Made by a program: the position numbers and the translations under genes. A stretch of 32,000 nt of DNA from Pseudomonas aeruginosa (GTDB lineage: Bacteria > Pseudomonadota > Gammaproteobacteria > Pseudomonadales > Pseudomonadaceae). The notes under the pieces were generated by a model, which saw nothing but the letters and a program-made list of their open reading frames with translations, ran no database searches and was not told the origin of the DNA. Where the stretch lies: contig NZ_LN831024.1 of NCBI RefSeq assembly GCF_001457615.1, positions 3,060,001 through 3,092,000 of the forward strand, given 5' to 3'. Numbering within the stretch: the stretch's first letter is position 1; every line of letters begins with the position of its first letter. Positions 15,843 through 24,683 of this stretch are shown here, in pieces.

Positions 15843-17426
15843 TCAGTCAATCGCCGCCCGCGTCCCAACCCCGTCCACCAACCGCGCAATCCCCAATGGG
15901 TTGCCATCCTTCAGCGCTTCCGGCAGCCACGCGTCCGGGTAGTTCTGGTAGCACACCGGGCGCAGGAAACGGTCGATGGCCAGGGTGCCCACCGAGGTGC
16001 CGCGGGCGTCCGAAGTGGCCGGGTACGGGCCGCCGTGGACCATCGCGTCGCAGACTTCCACGCCGGTCGGGTAGCCGTTGAGCAGCAGGCGTCCTGCCTT
16101 CTGTTCCAGGAGCGGTACCAGGTCGGCGAAGGACGCCAGGTCTTCCGCTTCGGCGATCAGGGTCGCGGTGAGCTGCCCGTGCAGCCCATGCAGCGCGCGC
16201 TTCAGTTCGGCGTGGTCGGCGACCTCGACGACCACGCTGGCCGGGCCGAAGACTTCTTCCTGCAGCAACTCGTCGCCCTCCAGCAGCAGGCTGACGTCCG
16301 CCTGGAACAGTTGCGGCCGGGCCTGGCGGCCCTCCTGCGGTTGCCCGGCGAGATGGCGGACGCGCGGGTGGGCGTGCAGCGCCGCCAGGCCTTTTTCATA
16401 GCTGGCCAGCGTGCCGGCGTTGAGCATGGTCTGCGCCGGCTGGTCGTCCATGCGGGCGGCGAAGCGTTCGAGGAACGCCGAGAATTGCGCAGAGCGGATG
16501 CCGATGACCAGCCCGGGATTGGTACAGAACTGGCCGCAGCCGAGCACCACCGAGGCACTCAGTTCGTCGGCCACGGCCTCGCCGCGCTTCTTCAGCGCCG
16601 CCGGCAGCAGCACCACCGGGTTGATGCTGCTCATCTCGGCGAACACCGGGATCGGCTGCGCCCGGGCGGCCGCCATGTCGCAGAGGGCGCGGCCGCCCTT
16701 CAGCGAACCGGTGAAGCCGACCGCCTGGATCGCGGGGTGGCGTACCAGCCGCTCCCCTACTCCGCCGCCGTAGATCATGTTGAACACGCCCGCCGGCATG
16801 CCGGTGCGCTCGGCCGCGCGGAGGATCGCCGCGGCGACCCGTTCGGCGGTGGCCATGTGTCCGCTGTGCGCCTTGAACACCACCGGGCAGCCGGCGGCCA
16901 GGGCCGCGGCGGTATCGCCGCCGGCGGTGGAGAACGCCAGGGGGAAGTTGCTCGCGCCGAACACCGCCACCGGGCCGAGGCCGATCCGGCACTGGCGCAG
17001 GTCGACGCGTGGCAGCGGCTTGCGTTCGGGCCGGGCGCGGTCGATGCGCGCGCCATGGAAGTCGCCGCGCCGCAGGACTTCGGCGAACAGGCGCAGCTGG
17101 CCGCTGGTGCGGCTGCGTTCGCCCTGGATGCGCGTGGCCGGTAGCGCGGTTTCACGGCAGACGATGGCGACGAAATCGTCGTCCAGCGCGTCGAGTTCGG
17201 CGGCGATGGTATCGAGGAATTCCGCGCGGCGGCTGGCCGGCAGTTGCCGGTAGTGCGGGTAGGCGCTGGCGGCGGCTTCGGCGGCGGCGTCCACTTCTTC
17301 CGGGGTGGCTTGCACGAAGCGGTACGGCAGCGCCTCACCGCTGGCGGCGTCGAGGCTTTGCAGGAAGAGCGTGCCGGCCGCGCTGCGGGCGCCGCCGATG
17401 AAGTTGTGTCCGAGGATGGCTGTCAT
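15843..17426 (-). CDS. Aldehyde dehydrogenase, alpha-ketoglutarate semialdehyde (2,5-dioxovalerate) dehydrogenase type
   Basis: 527 aa ALDH of the long KGSADH type (FGASNFPLAFS, FTGS, EMSSINP, GQFCTNPG). It is the last gene of the lyxonate-type operon. Confidence 0.9.
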   Translation of the reverse strand: MTAILGHNFIGGARSAAGTLFLQSLDAASGEALPYRFVQATPEEVDAAAEAAASAYPHYRQLPASRRAEFLDTIAAELDALDDDFVAIVCRETALPATRIQGERSRTSGQLRLFAEVLRRGDFHGARIDRARPERKPLPRVDLRQCRIGLGPVAVFGASNFPLAFSTAGGDTAAALAAGCPVVFKAHSGHMATAERVAAAILRAAERTGMPAGVFNMIYGGGVGERLVRHPAIQAVGFTGSLKGGRALCDMAAARAQPIPVFAEMSSINPVVLLPAALKKRGEAVADELSASVVLGCGQFCTNPGLVIGIRSAQFSAFLERFAARMDDQPAQTMLNAGTLASYEKGLAALHAHPRVRHLAGQPQEGRQARPQLFQADVSLLLEGDELLQEEVFGPASVVVEVADHAELKRALHGLHGQLTATLIAEAEDLASFADLVPLLEQKAGRLLLNGYPTGVEVCDAMVHGGPYPATSDARGTSVGTLAIDRFLRPVCYQNYPDAWLPEALKDGNPLGIARLVDGVGTRAAID

Positions 17427-17447
17427 GTCGACCTCATACAGGGGAAG

Positions 17448-17471
17448 CCCCGCCGGGGATGGCCGGCGGGG
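17448..17471 (-). other. Intercistronic 9-bp all-GC hairpin (CCCCGCCGG-N6-CCGGCGGGG) between the FAH-family gene and the ALDH gene
   Basis: Perfect stem read directly. It lies within a 127-nt gap and is followed on the minus strand by a GAGG SD and the ALDH ATG. Confidence 0.4.
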
Positions 17472-17553
17472 TTGGAGCCAAGGCTCCGCAGGAATGAAGG
17501 AAACCGTGCCGCGGGTCTCTCGTGAAGGTCTCGCCCATGCACGGCGGCGGAAC

Positions 17554-18549
17554 TCAGAGCGCTACCACCCGCCCCGGCGTCAGTGCGGTCTCGACGGCGG
17601 CGATGCCATTGCGCAGCGGCGCGCCGAACTCGGCCATGGCGATCTCGAAGACATCCCCCGGAGCAGCCTTGATCCCGTCGGCGAAGGACAGCGTGGCGGT
17701 ACCGAAGTAATGCACGTGGACGTCGCCCGGACGGAGGAACTGCGCGTACTTGAAATGGTGGTACTCGAGGTTCTCCAGGCTGTGGCACATGTTGTCCTCG
17801 CCGGAAAGGAACGCCTGCTGCCAGAGCACTTCGCCGTCGCGCAGGATCCGGCTCTCGCCCTGCAGGTGGCGCGGCAGTTCGCCGACCCGCAGCTCCGGCC
17901 CGTAGCAGCAGGCGCGTAGCTTGGAATGCGCCAGGTACAGGTAGTTGCGGCGCTCCATCAGGTGGTCGGAGAACTCGTTGCCCAGGGCGTAGCCGAGCCG
18001 GTAAGGCCGGCGGTCATCGCCGATCAGGTAGAGCCCGACCAGCTCCGGTTCCTCGCCGGCGTCCTCGGCGAAGGCCGGTAGCGGGAAGTCCGCGCCGGGG
18101 CGCACGACGATGCCGCCGTCGCCCTTGTAGAACCATTCGGGCTGCGCGCCGACCTGGCCCGCCGGTGGCTTGCCGCCCTCCAGGCCCCACCTGAAGATGC
18201 GCATGGTGTCGGTCAGCGCGGTCTCGTCGCCCTGGTTCTGCTGGTGCATGCGGTCGCGCGTCGCGGCGCTGCCCAGGTGGGTCAGGCCGGTGCCGCTGAC
18301 CAGGCAATGGGCCGGGTCGTCATGATCCAGCGGCGGCAGCACCCTTCCCTCCTCCAGCAACCCGGCATAGTCCGGGCCTGGCTCGCTGCCTCGGCGCAGC
18401 ACCTCGTCGTGCAGGCCGCTGCCCGCGCGAATCGCCGCCAGCCCCAGTTCGCGCGTGCTGCGCACGCCGCGCAGCACCTGTATCCCGGCGCCTTCGACGA
18501 CGCCGACCCGGCGCTGCCCTGCCCGGTCCTCGAATTGAATCAGCCGCAT
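17554..18549 (-). CDS. Fumarylacetoacetate-hydrolase (FAH) superfamily protein; 2-keto-3-deoxy-pentonate (L-lyxonate-type) dehydratase candidate
   Basis: 331 aa and GguC/AraD-like in length. It is sandwiched between an enolase-superfamily acid-sugar dehydratase and KGSADH, which is the known lyxonate arrangement. AGGAGG SD upstream. Confidence 0.8.
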   Translation of the reverse strand: MRLIQFEDRAGQRRVGVVEGAGIQVLRGVRSTRELGLAAIRAGSGLHDEVLRRGSEPGPDYAGLLEEGRVLPPLDHDDPAHCLVSGTGLTHLGSAATRDRMHQQNQGDETALTDTMRIFRWGLEGGKPPAGQVGAQPEWFYKGDGGIVVRPGADFPLPAFAEDAGEEPELVGLYLIGDDRRPYRLGYALGNEFSDHLMERRNYLYLAHSKLRACCYGPELRVGELPRHLQGESRILRDGEVLWQQAFLSGEDNMCHSLENLEYHHFKYAQFLRPGDVHVHYFGTATLSFADGIKAAPGDVFEIAMAEFGAPLRNGIAAVETALTPGRVVAL

Positions 18550-18576
18550 CTCGGCTCCTCCTGTGGGCTCCGACTA

Positions 18577-19752
18577 TCACTCGATGATGATGAAATCCTT
18601 GAGGTGCTCTTCGGATATCTCCAGGCCCAGGCCGGGCTTGTGGTCGTCCAGCTGGATATAGCCGTCGACCGGCTGCGGCTCGCCCTTGAACACGTAGTAG
18701 AACAGCTCGTTGCCGACCTCGACGTCGAACACCGGGAAGAACTCGGCCATCGGCGAGGCGGTGCTGGCCATGGTCAGGTGATAGTTGTGCAACTGTCCGG
18801 CGTGCGGGATCACCGGCACCGACCAGGCCTCGGCCATGGCGTTGATCTTGCGCGCGGCGGTGATCCCGCCGACGCGGTTGGTGTCGTACTGGATGACGTC
18901 CACCGCGCGGCGCTCCAGCAGGTCCTTGAAGCCGTGGCCGGTGAATTCGTGCTCGCCGCCGGAGATCGGCATGATCCCCATCTTCTTCAGCTCGACGTAG
19001 CCCTCGATGTCATCGGCGATCACCGGCTCCTCCAGCCAGCGCGGTTCGAACTCGGCGAGCTTCGGCAGCATCCGCCGGGCGTATTCCAGGGTCCAGCCCA
19101 TGTAGCATTCGAGCATGATGTCGATGTCCGGCCCGGCCAGTTCGCGTAGCGCGCGGACCTGCTCGATGTTCCTGCGCATGCCCGTCGGGCCGTCCTTGGG
19201 GCCATAGCCGAAGCGCATCTTCAGCGCGGTGAAGCCCTGGTTCAGGTAGCCCTGGGCCTCTTCGAGGAAGGCGTCGAGGTTGTCGTTGGCGTAGAGCTTC
19301 GAGGCGTAGGTCCAGATCTTCTCCTTGGTGCGGCCGCCGAGCAGCTTGAACACCGGCTTGTTCACCGCCTTGCCCATGATGTCCCAGATCGCCAGGTCCA
19401 CCGCCGAGATGGCTGCCATGCCGATGCCCTTGCGGCCCCAGGCGTGGGTGCGGCGATACATCTTCTGCCAGATGTACTCGTTGTCGAACGGGTCTTCGCC
19501 GATGCAGATCGGCGCCAGGTAGAGGTCGACGATTTCCTTCGCCACGCGCGGCGCCAGGGCGCAGTTGCCGATGCCGACGAGGCCGTCGTCGGTCTCGATC
19601 TCTACCACCAGCCAGCCGTGGAAGCGGAACGAACCCATGGCGTCTCCCTTCTCGAACAGGATGTCGCTGGCATTGGTGCAGAAGTGCGCCTGCGGCGGGA
19701 CGACCTTGCCCTTCCATTCGAAGACGCGGGTACGGACGGATTTGATTTTCAT
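18577..19752 (-). CDS. lyxD: Enolase-superfamily (mandelate racemase subgroup, RhamD-like) acid-sugar dehydratase; L-lyxonate dehydratase candidate
   Basis: 391 aa and collinear with L-rhamnonate-dehydratase-like proteins ([45 protein letters not shown]). The gene context matches the published LyxD cluster of P. aeruginosa, from memory. Confidence 0.8.
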   Translation of the reverse strand: MKIKSVRTRVFEWKGKVVPPQAHFCTNASDILFEKGDAMGSFRFHGWLVVEIETDDGLVGIGNCALAPRVAKEIVDLYLAPICIGEDPFDNEYIWQKMYRRTHAWGRKGIGMAAISAVDLAIWDIMGKAVNKPVFKLLGGRTKEKIWTYASKLYANDNLDAFLEEAQGYLNQGFTALKMRFGYGPKDGPTGMRRNIEQVRALRELAGPDIDIMLECYMGWTLEYARRMLPKLAEFEPRWLEEPVIADDIEGYVELKKMGIMPISGGEHEFTGHGFKDLLERRAVDVIQYDTNRVGGITAARKINAMAEAWSVPVIPHAGQLHNYHLTMASTASPMAEFFPVFDVEVGNELFYYVFKGEPQPVDGYIQLDDHKPGLGLEISEEHLKDFIIIE

Positions 19753-19782
19753 GTCGCAGCTCCTATCGGTGCGTAGTGTGGG

Positions 19783-21105
19783 TCAGCCGGCCTGCCGCGC
19801 TCGCAGCGGGACGGACGACGATCCGGAAGTCTTCAGCCGGGCCAGCAGGCAGGCGCCGAGCAGGCCGACGGCGGCCAGGGCGAACATGCCGGCGCGCGGG
19901 TCGGCGAACTGGCTTTCCATGAGGGTCTTGAGGTTCGGCGCGACGAAGCCGCCGAGGTTGCCCAGGGAGTTGACCAGGGCGATGCCGCTGGCCGCGGCCG
20001 CACCGCTCAGGTAGCCGGTGGGAAGGGTCCAGAACAGCGGCTGCACCGAGACGAAGCCGGACGCGGCGAAGCAGAAGGCGATCACCGCCAGGCCCAGGTT
20101 GCCGGCCAGCGCCGAGGCGGCGATACCGGCTGCGGCCATGCCCAGCATGGCCACCGCGAGCTGGCGATGCTGGCCGCTGCGGTCGGCCTGGCGGGTCACC
20201 AGGCGCGTTACCACCAGGGCGCAGACCCAGGGAATCGCGGTGATCAGGCCGACGTTCAGGCCGACCTGGCCGTCGAGGAAGCTGGCGATGCGGGTCGGCA
20301 GGTAGAACACCACGCCGTACACGCTCATCTGGATGGTGAAGTAGACCAGGCAGAACTTCAGCACCTGGCCGCTGCGCAGGGCGCTGAGGAAGCCGTGCGG
20401 GCCGCGTGCCTGTTTGCGGGTGTCTTCTTCGGCCAGCTCGCCTTCCAGCGCCCGCTTCTGCTCGTCGCTCAGCCAGCCGGCATCGCGCGGGCGGTCGACC
20501 AGGTAGAAGTAGGCGGCAATGCCGACCAGCGAGGCCAGCAGGCCCTCGGTGACGAACAGCCACTGCCAGTTGGCCAGGCCGAAGATGCCGTGGAACTCCA
20601 GCAGCCAGCCGGACAGCGGACCGCCCAGCACCAGCGCCAGCGGCAGGCCGAAATAGAACAGGCCGAGCGCCTGGGCACGGCTGCGCTGCGGGAACCAGTA
20701 GGTGAGGTAGAGGATGATGCCGGGGAAGAAGCCCGCCTCGGCGACGCCCAGCAGGAAGCGCAGGACATAGAAAGTCATGGCGTCGTCGGCGAACATCATC
20801 GCCGCCGAGACCAGGCCCCAGGTGACCATGATCCTGCACAGCCAGACCCTGGCGCCGAGGCGGTGCAGCATCAGGTTGCTGGGTACCTCGAAGCAGGCAT
20901 AGCCGATGAAGAAGATGCTCGCGCCGAACGCGAAGGCGGCATCGCCGAGGCCGGTGTCGGCTTGCAGGAAGGCCCGCGCGTAACCGACGTTGGCCCGGTC
21001 GATGAAAGCCAGTACATACATCAGGACCAGGAAAGGCAGGAGCCGCAGGCGGCTGGTGGCGATCGCCGAGGACAGCAGCCTGGCGTGGTCGTTCATGGCG
21101 CTCAT
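19783..21105 (-). CDS. MFS transporter, anion:cation symporter (ACS; TtuB/DgoT-like) family
   Basis: 440 aa from ATG 21105 (MSAMNDH) with 12-TM MFS character and the FIDRANVG motif. The track start 21210 runs through the promoter region. Confidence 0.9.
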   Translation of the reverse strand: MSAMNDHARLLSSAIATSRLRLLPFLVLMYVLAFIDRANVGYARAFLQADTGLGDAAFAFGASIFFIGYACFEVPSNLMLHRLGARVWLCRIMVTWGLVSAAMMFADDAMTFYVLRFLLGVAEAGFFPGIILYLTYWFPQRSRAQALGLFYFGLPLALVLGGPLSGWLLEFHGIFGLANWQWLFVTEGLLASLVGIAAYFYLVDRPRDAGWLSDEQKRALEGELAEEDTRKQARGPHGFLSALRSGQVLKFCLVYFTIQMSVYGVVFYLPTRIASFLDGQVGLNVGLITAIPWVCALVVTRLVTRQADRSGQHRQLAVAMLGMAAAGIAASALAGNLGLAVIAFCFAASGFVSVQPLFWTLPTGYLSGAAAASGIALVNSLGNLGGFVAPNLKTLMESQFADPRAGMFALAAVGLLGACLLARLKTSGSSSVPLRARQAG

Positions 21106-21111
21106 GGAGGG

Positions 21112-21130
21112 CTTCCTTCTTGTTGTTGTT
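21112..21130 (-). promoter_or_regulatory. AAC-AAC-AAC-AAG-AAG (five AAN repeats) fused to a GGAAG SD; candidate Hfq/Crc site
   Basis: Minus strand reads GAACAACAACAAGAAGGAAGCCCTCC-ATG. Confidence 0.5.
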
Positions 21131-21214
21131 CGACGCGGAGGCGGCATGGCCGCTTGCGTTGGGCCGACTGTAGCCAGGCCGCTCCCGCGCGGATAATCAC
21201 TTCTGCGCATTCAT

Positions 21215-21265
21215 CGATAACCCCAGGCAATACCTTTTAACCAATCAGCCAATCGCCGGTTATCG
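21215..21265. promoter_or_regulatory. Dyad CGATAACC-N35-GGTTATCG upstream of the MFS-lyxD operon; candidate operator pair
   Basis: Perfect 8-bp arms at 21215-21222 and 21258-21265. The same arms and the same 35-nt spacer recur at 26083-26133. Confidence 0.55.
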
Positions 21266-21290
21266 GGCAGCAGCGAGAACGGCCCTGCGC

Positions 21291-22541
21291 TCAGAGCAGC
21301 GGCAGGGAATACGAGAGGATCAGGCGGTTCTCGTCGACATCGGCGGCATGGTTGGACCGCAGCATGGCGTTGCGCCAACGCAGGCCGAGGTTCTTCAGCG
21401 GGCCGCTCTGGATCACGTAGGCGACGTCCACGTCGCGTTCCCAGGCGCGGCCGTCGTCCATCGCCTTCGTCCGGGCATGGGCGCCGTTGGCGTAGCGGGC
21501 CATGGCGGTCAGCCCGGGAATGCCCAGGGCGACGAAGTCGTAGTCGTAGCGCAGTTGCCAGGAGCGCTCGCCGGCGCTGGTGAAGTTGCGCACCTGGATG
21601 TCGTTGACCAACGGCGTGCTGGTGCCGGCGATGTAGAGCATCCCGTCGTCGCCGTACATGCGCTGGTAGCCGGCGCCGAGGCTGTGGCCGCCGCGGGTCG
21701 CGCTGAAGAAACCGGTCAGCGCGCGATTCTCCAGTTCCCCGAGCTTCGCGGCACCTTCGTCGCGCGTGTCGAAGAGCCCGACGCTGACGCCCAGGCGCCA
21801 GCCGCCGAAGCTCTGCTTGTGGCTCAAGCTGTAGTAGTCCTGCCGGTAGATGTCTTGCAGTCGCGCCTGCCACAGCCCGACCTGGCTGCGCTCGGCATTG
21901 AAGCGGTACTCCGCGCCCAGGTAGTCGAAACGGTCGGAGAACGCCCCGCCGCGCCCATCCACCGAGAGGTCCTGGTGGTCGCTGGAGTTGCGCTGGCTGA
22001 GCGAACGCATCTGCCCGCCGTGCAGGGTCAGGCCGGCGATTTCCCTGGAGGTCAGCATGCCGCCCTGGAAGGTCTGTGGCAGCAGGCGGCCGTCGTTGCG
22101 CAGGAGGATTGGCAGTTCCGGCAGCAGTTCGCCGAGCTTCAGCTCGGTATTCGACAGCTTCAGCTTCGGCGCCACGCCCAGTCGCGCGTAGTCGTCCGCT
22201 GCGCGTCCGTCGGCGTGGCGTGGCAGCAGCCCGGAGCCAGCACGATCAGGGCTGCTGTCGAGCTTCAGGCCGAGCTGGCCGAGCAGCTCGACGCCGAGGC
22301 CCAGGGTGCCCTGGGTATAGCCGGACTTCGCCTGTAGGAGAAAGCCTTGGGCCCACTCCTCCTGTTTCGACTGCGCCGCGCCGGGCTGGCGGAAGTCGCG
22401 ATTGAAATAGAGATTGCGCAGGCCGAGGCTGACGCTGGCGTCTTCGATAAAGCCCTCGGCGCCGGCGAGCGACGGCAGGCCGGCCAGCAGGACCGGAGCG
22501 AGCGAGGCGGATTTCAGCAGGTTCGGAGCGGAACGGGTCAT
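21291..22541 (-). CDS. OprD-family (OpdK-subfamily-like) substrate-specific outer-membrane porin
   Basis: 416 aa with a signal peptide, then EGFIEDASVSLGLRNLYFNRDFR, and a C-terminal LILSYSLPLL, all hallmark OprD features. The position corresponds to the porin I recall as OpdG (PA2213) in the PAO1 cluster. This is unverified. Confidence 0.95.
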   Translation of the reverse strand: MTRSAPNLLKSASLAPVLLAGLPSLAGAEGFIEDASVSLGLRNLYFNRDFRQPGAAQSKQEEWAQGFLLQAKSGYTQGTLGLGVELLGQLGLKLDSSPDRAGSGLLPRHADGRAADDYARLGVAPKLKLSNTELKLGELLPELPILLRNDGRLLPQTFQGGMLTSREIAGLTLHGGQMRSLSQRNSSDHQDLSVDGRGGAFSDRFDYLGAEYRFNAERSQVGLWQARLQDIYRQDYYSLSHKQSFGGWRLGVSVGLFDTRDEGAAKLGELENRALTGFFSATRGGHSLGAGYQRMYGDDGMLYIAGTSTPLVNDIQVRNFTSAGERSWQLRYDYDFVALGIPGLTAMARYANGAHARTKAMDDGRAWERDVDVAYVIQSGPLKNLGLRWRNAMLRSNHAADVDENRLILSYSLPLL

Positions 22542-22557
22542 TGTTGTTTTTCCTTTT
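22541..22557 (-). promoter_or_regulatory. A-rich AAGGAAAAACAACA tract (AACAACAA running into the ATG); candidate Hfq/Crc site
   Basis: Minus strand reads GGGAAAAGGAAAAACAACA-ATG. Confidence 0.4.
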
Positions 22558-22713
22558 CCCAGGCCGAAGCGAGCCGTGGAGCGCTGCGGCTCCAGGCGAT
22601 GTGTCTCTCGTCGAAGGTGCGACGCCTCCTGCCCCGCCGCGACGGTACAGGGAGGCGCCAGGGAGCGCGTTACGAAGGGGCGGCGCTCTGGTTGTCGCGT
22701 CGCATGCAGGCGA

Positions 22714-23727
22714 TCAGGCTTTGCGCCTGCCCATCCGGCAGGCGATCTCGAACGCCTGGCGGGTGGCGCCGACGTCGGCCCTTCCCTGCCCGGCGATATC
22801 GAAGGCGGTACCGTGGGCCGGCGTAGCGATGGGGATCGGCAGGCCGCCCTGGACGGTCACGCCGCGGGAGAAGCCCATCAGCTTGATCGCGATCTGCCCC
22901 TGGTCGTGGTACATGGTCACCACCGCGTCGAAGGCACGGGCGTCGCCCTGCACCTTGAGGAAAATGGTGTCGGCGGGATACGGGCCGTCGGCGGCGATCC
23001 CCTGTTCGCGCGCCTTCTGCACCGCCGGAGCGATGATGTCCAGCTCCTCGCGGCCGAAGCTGCCGTTGTCGCCGTTGTGCGGGTTCAGTCCGCAGACGCC
23101 GATGCGCGGCCGCGCCAGGCCGCTGCGGCGCAGCGCGTCGTCGATCAGGCGGATCGCCTCCCCTACCCGCTCCTGGCTGAGCAGGCCCGGCACCTCGGCC
23201 AGGGCTACGTGGGAGGTCACCCGCGAGGTCCAGAGGTCGTCGAGGACGTTGAACTCGCAGAACGGGCCGCCGAACCCCAGGCGCTCGGCGAACCAGTGCA
23301 ACTCGTCGCTGTGGTCCATGCCGGCCATGTGCAGCGAGGTCTTGTTCAGCGGGCCGAAGAGGATCGCATCGGTCCTGCCGCTGCGGGTCAGTTCGAGGGC
23401 CAGCGCGAGGGTCTCCAGGCTGTAGCGGCCACCGACGGCGCTCGCTTCGCTGCGTGGGAACTCGTCCCCGCCCTGGCTGAGCCAGGGATGCAGCAGTGGC
23501 GTGGCGTCGGCGAAATCCAGGGTCTCCAGCGCGTCGATGCGCCGGTAGGGGAATTCGCAGCCGGCGATGCGCATGCCGCGACGCATTTCCGCTTCGTCGG
23601 CGATCAGCACGATGTGCGCCTTCTCGCGCACCTCGGTGTCGGCCAGCAGGCGGGCGATCAGTTCCGGGCCGATGCCGGCCGGATCGCCCAGGACCATGGC
23701 CAGTCGCGGTAGGGATGGAGCGTTCAT
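22714..23727 (-). CDS. PdxA-family NAD-dependent oxidative decarboxylase (4-hydroxythreonine-4-phosphate dehydrogenase-like); 2-carboxy-L-lyxonate decarboxylase candidate
   Basis: 337 aa with PdxA motifs (LGDPAGIGPE, GLNPHNGDNG, TMYHDQG, TPAHGTAFDIAG). ATGA overlap with the upstream amidohydrolase gene. Confidence 0.85.
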   Translation of the reverse strand: MNAPSLPRLAMVLGDPAGIGPELIARLLADTEVREKAHIVLIADEAEMRRGMRIAGCEFPYRRIDALETLDFADATPLLHPWLSQGGDEFPRSEASAVGGRYSLETLALALELTRSGRTDAILFGPLNKTSLHMAGMDHSDELHWFAERLGFGGPFCEFNVLDDLWTSRVTSHVALAEVPGLLSQERVGEAIRLIDDALRRSGLARPRIGVCGLNPHNGDNGSFGREELDIIAPAVQKAREQGIAADGPYPADTIFLKVQGDARAFDAVVTMYHDQGQIAIKLMGFSRGVTVQGGLPIPIATPAHGTAFDIAGQGRADVGATRQAFEIACRMGRRKA

Positions 23728-24683
23728 GGGGAAGTCCTCGGGTCGGGCGACGCCTGCTGCAGGCGCACGGTGTCGGGTACGGTGCGGTAGATGCGCCGCG
23801 CGTTGCTATGGAAAAGCCGTTCCTGGTCGGCGTACGGCAGGTCGGCGACGATGCGTTTGAAACCGCCATAGATGTCGTCGAACGAGCCGCACAGGCTGTC
23901 CACCGGGAAGTTGCTGGCGAACATCGCCCGCTCGACGCCGAACAGGGCGATGCTTTCGCGGACGATCCAGGCGTTGTCCTCGACGCTCCAGCGCCGGCCG
24001 GCCTGGCCGATGCCGGAGATCTTCAACGCCACGTTGGGGCATTCGGCGAAGCGCGCCATGGCCCGTTGCCAGGCGGCCAGCCCCTCCTCGCTGCGATCGG
24101 ACGGCAGGCCGGCGTGGTTGAGCACGATCAGCGTATCGGGGAAGTCGCGCGCCAGGCATGCGGCCTCGGCGAGGTTCCACCAGGGTGTCTGCAGGTCGAA
24201 GTGCAGGCCGTGCCGGGCCAGCTCGGCATAGCCGCGACGCCAGCGCTCGTCGCTCATCAGGCTGCGCAGCTCGCCGACCTGTTGCGGGCGTTGCGGACCG
24301 CCGGGCTTGTGGCGGACGCTGCGGACCCGTGCGAAGCCCGCCTGCGCCGCCAGCACCTCGGCGGCGTCCGGCGCGTCCAGCCAGGCCTGCGCCACCACCG
24401 CGTGGGGCGCGCCATGGCGTTCGGCGAGGTGATGCACGAAGCGGGTTTCGCCGAGCGGATCGCGCGGGTCCCACTCGGTTTCCACGTAGACCGTCTCGAC
24501 CACCCGGTGTGCGCCGACGTCGCCGAAGTAGTCCGCCGGCAGGTAGCGGCGCTTGATCGCGCTGTAGTCGCCGTAGCGGAACGGAATCTTGGCGTCCTCC
24601 GCGAGCCAGGGGTGGTAGTTCGCCTGCGGGTCCCAGAAATGATGATGGGCGTCGACGATCGGCCCGTCGTACAGCTCAGCCAT
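23724..24683 (-). CDS. Amidohydrolase_2 (PF04909-type) metal-dependent hydrolase; sugar-acid lactonase candidate
   Basis: 319 aa with N-terminal IVDAHHHFWD and LNHAG plus a late Asp region typical of the LigI / fuconolactonase subgroup. 8-nt overlap with the upstream MFS gene. Confidence 0.85.
   Translation of the reverse strand: MAELYDGPIVDAHHHFWDPQANYHPWLAEDAKIPFRYGDYSAIKRRYLPADYFGDVGAHRVVETVYVETEWDPRDPLGETRFVHHLAERHGAPHAVVAQAWLDAPDAAEVLAAQAGFARVRSVRHKPGGPQRPQQVGELRSLMSDERWRRGYAELARHGLHFDLQTPWWNLAEAACLARDFPDTLIVLNHAGLPSDRSEEGLAAWQRAMARFAECPNVALKISGIGQAGRRWSVEDNAWIVRESIALFGVERAMFASNFPVDSLCGSFDDIYGGFKRIVADLPYADQERLFHSNARRIYRTVPDTVRLQQASPDPRTSP

Noticed and set aside
15496-15942. Plus-strand ORF (148 aa, or 126 aa from ATG 15562 with an AGGGAGG SD).
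   Set aside because: Not reported as a CDS. GC3 is only about 63%, there are no recognisable motifs, and the last 100 nt are antisense to the ALDH gene. It is kept only as a caveat inside the spacer finding.
21211-21873. ORFs spanning promoter regions: 21211-21873 (-), 26000-26197 (+), 26097-26615 (-), 26194-26487 (+), 31006-31449 (-).
   Set aside because: They overlap well-supported genes or run through regulatory DNA. They have junk-like composition and lack an SD.
22571-22594. Short alternative stems (GAGCCG...CGGCTC or TGGAGC...GCTCCA) between the PdxA-like gene and the porin gene, considered as a terminator separating two operons.
   Set aside because: Only 6 bp, mutually exclusive, and no U-run. 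I could not decide from sequence whether the porin has its own promoter.
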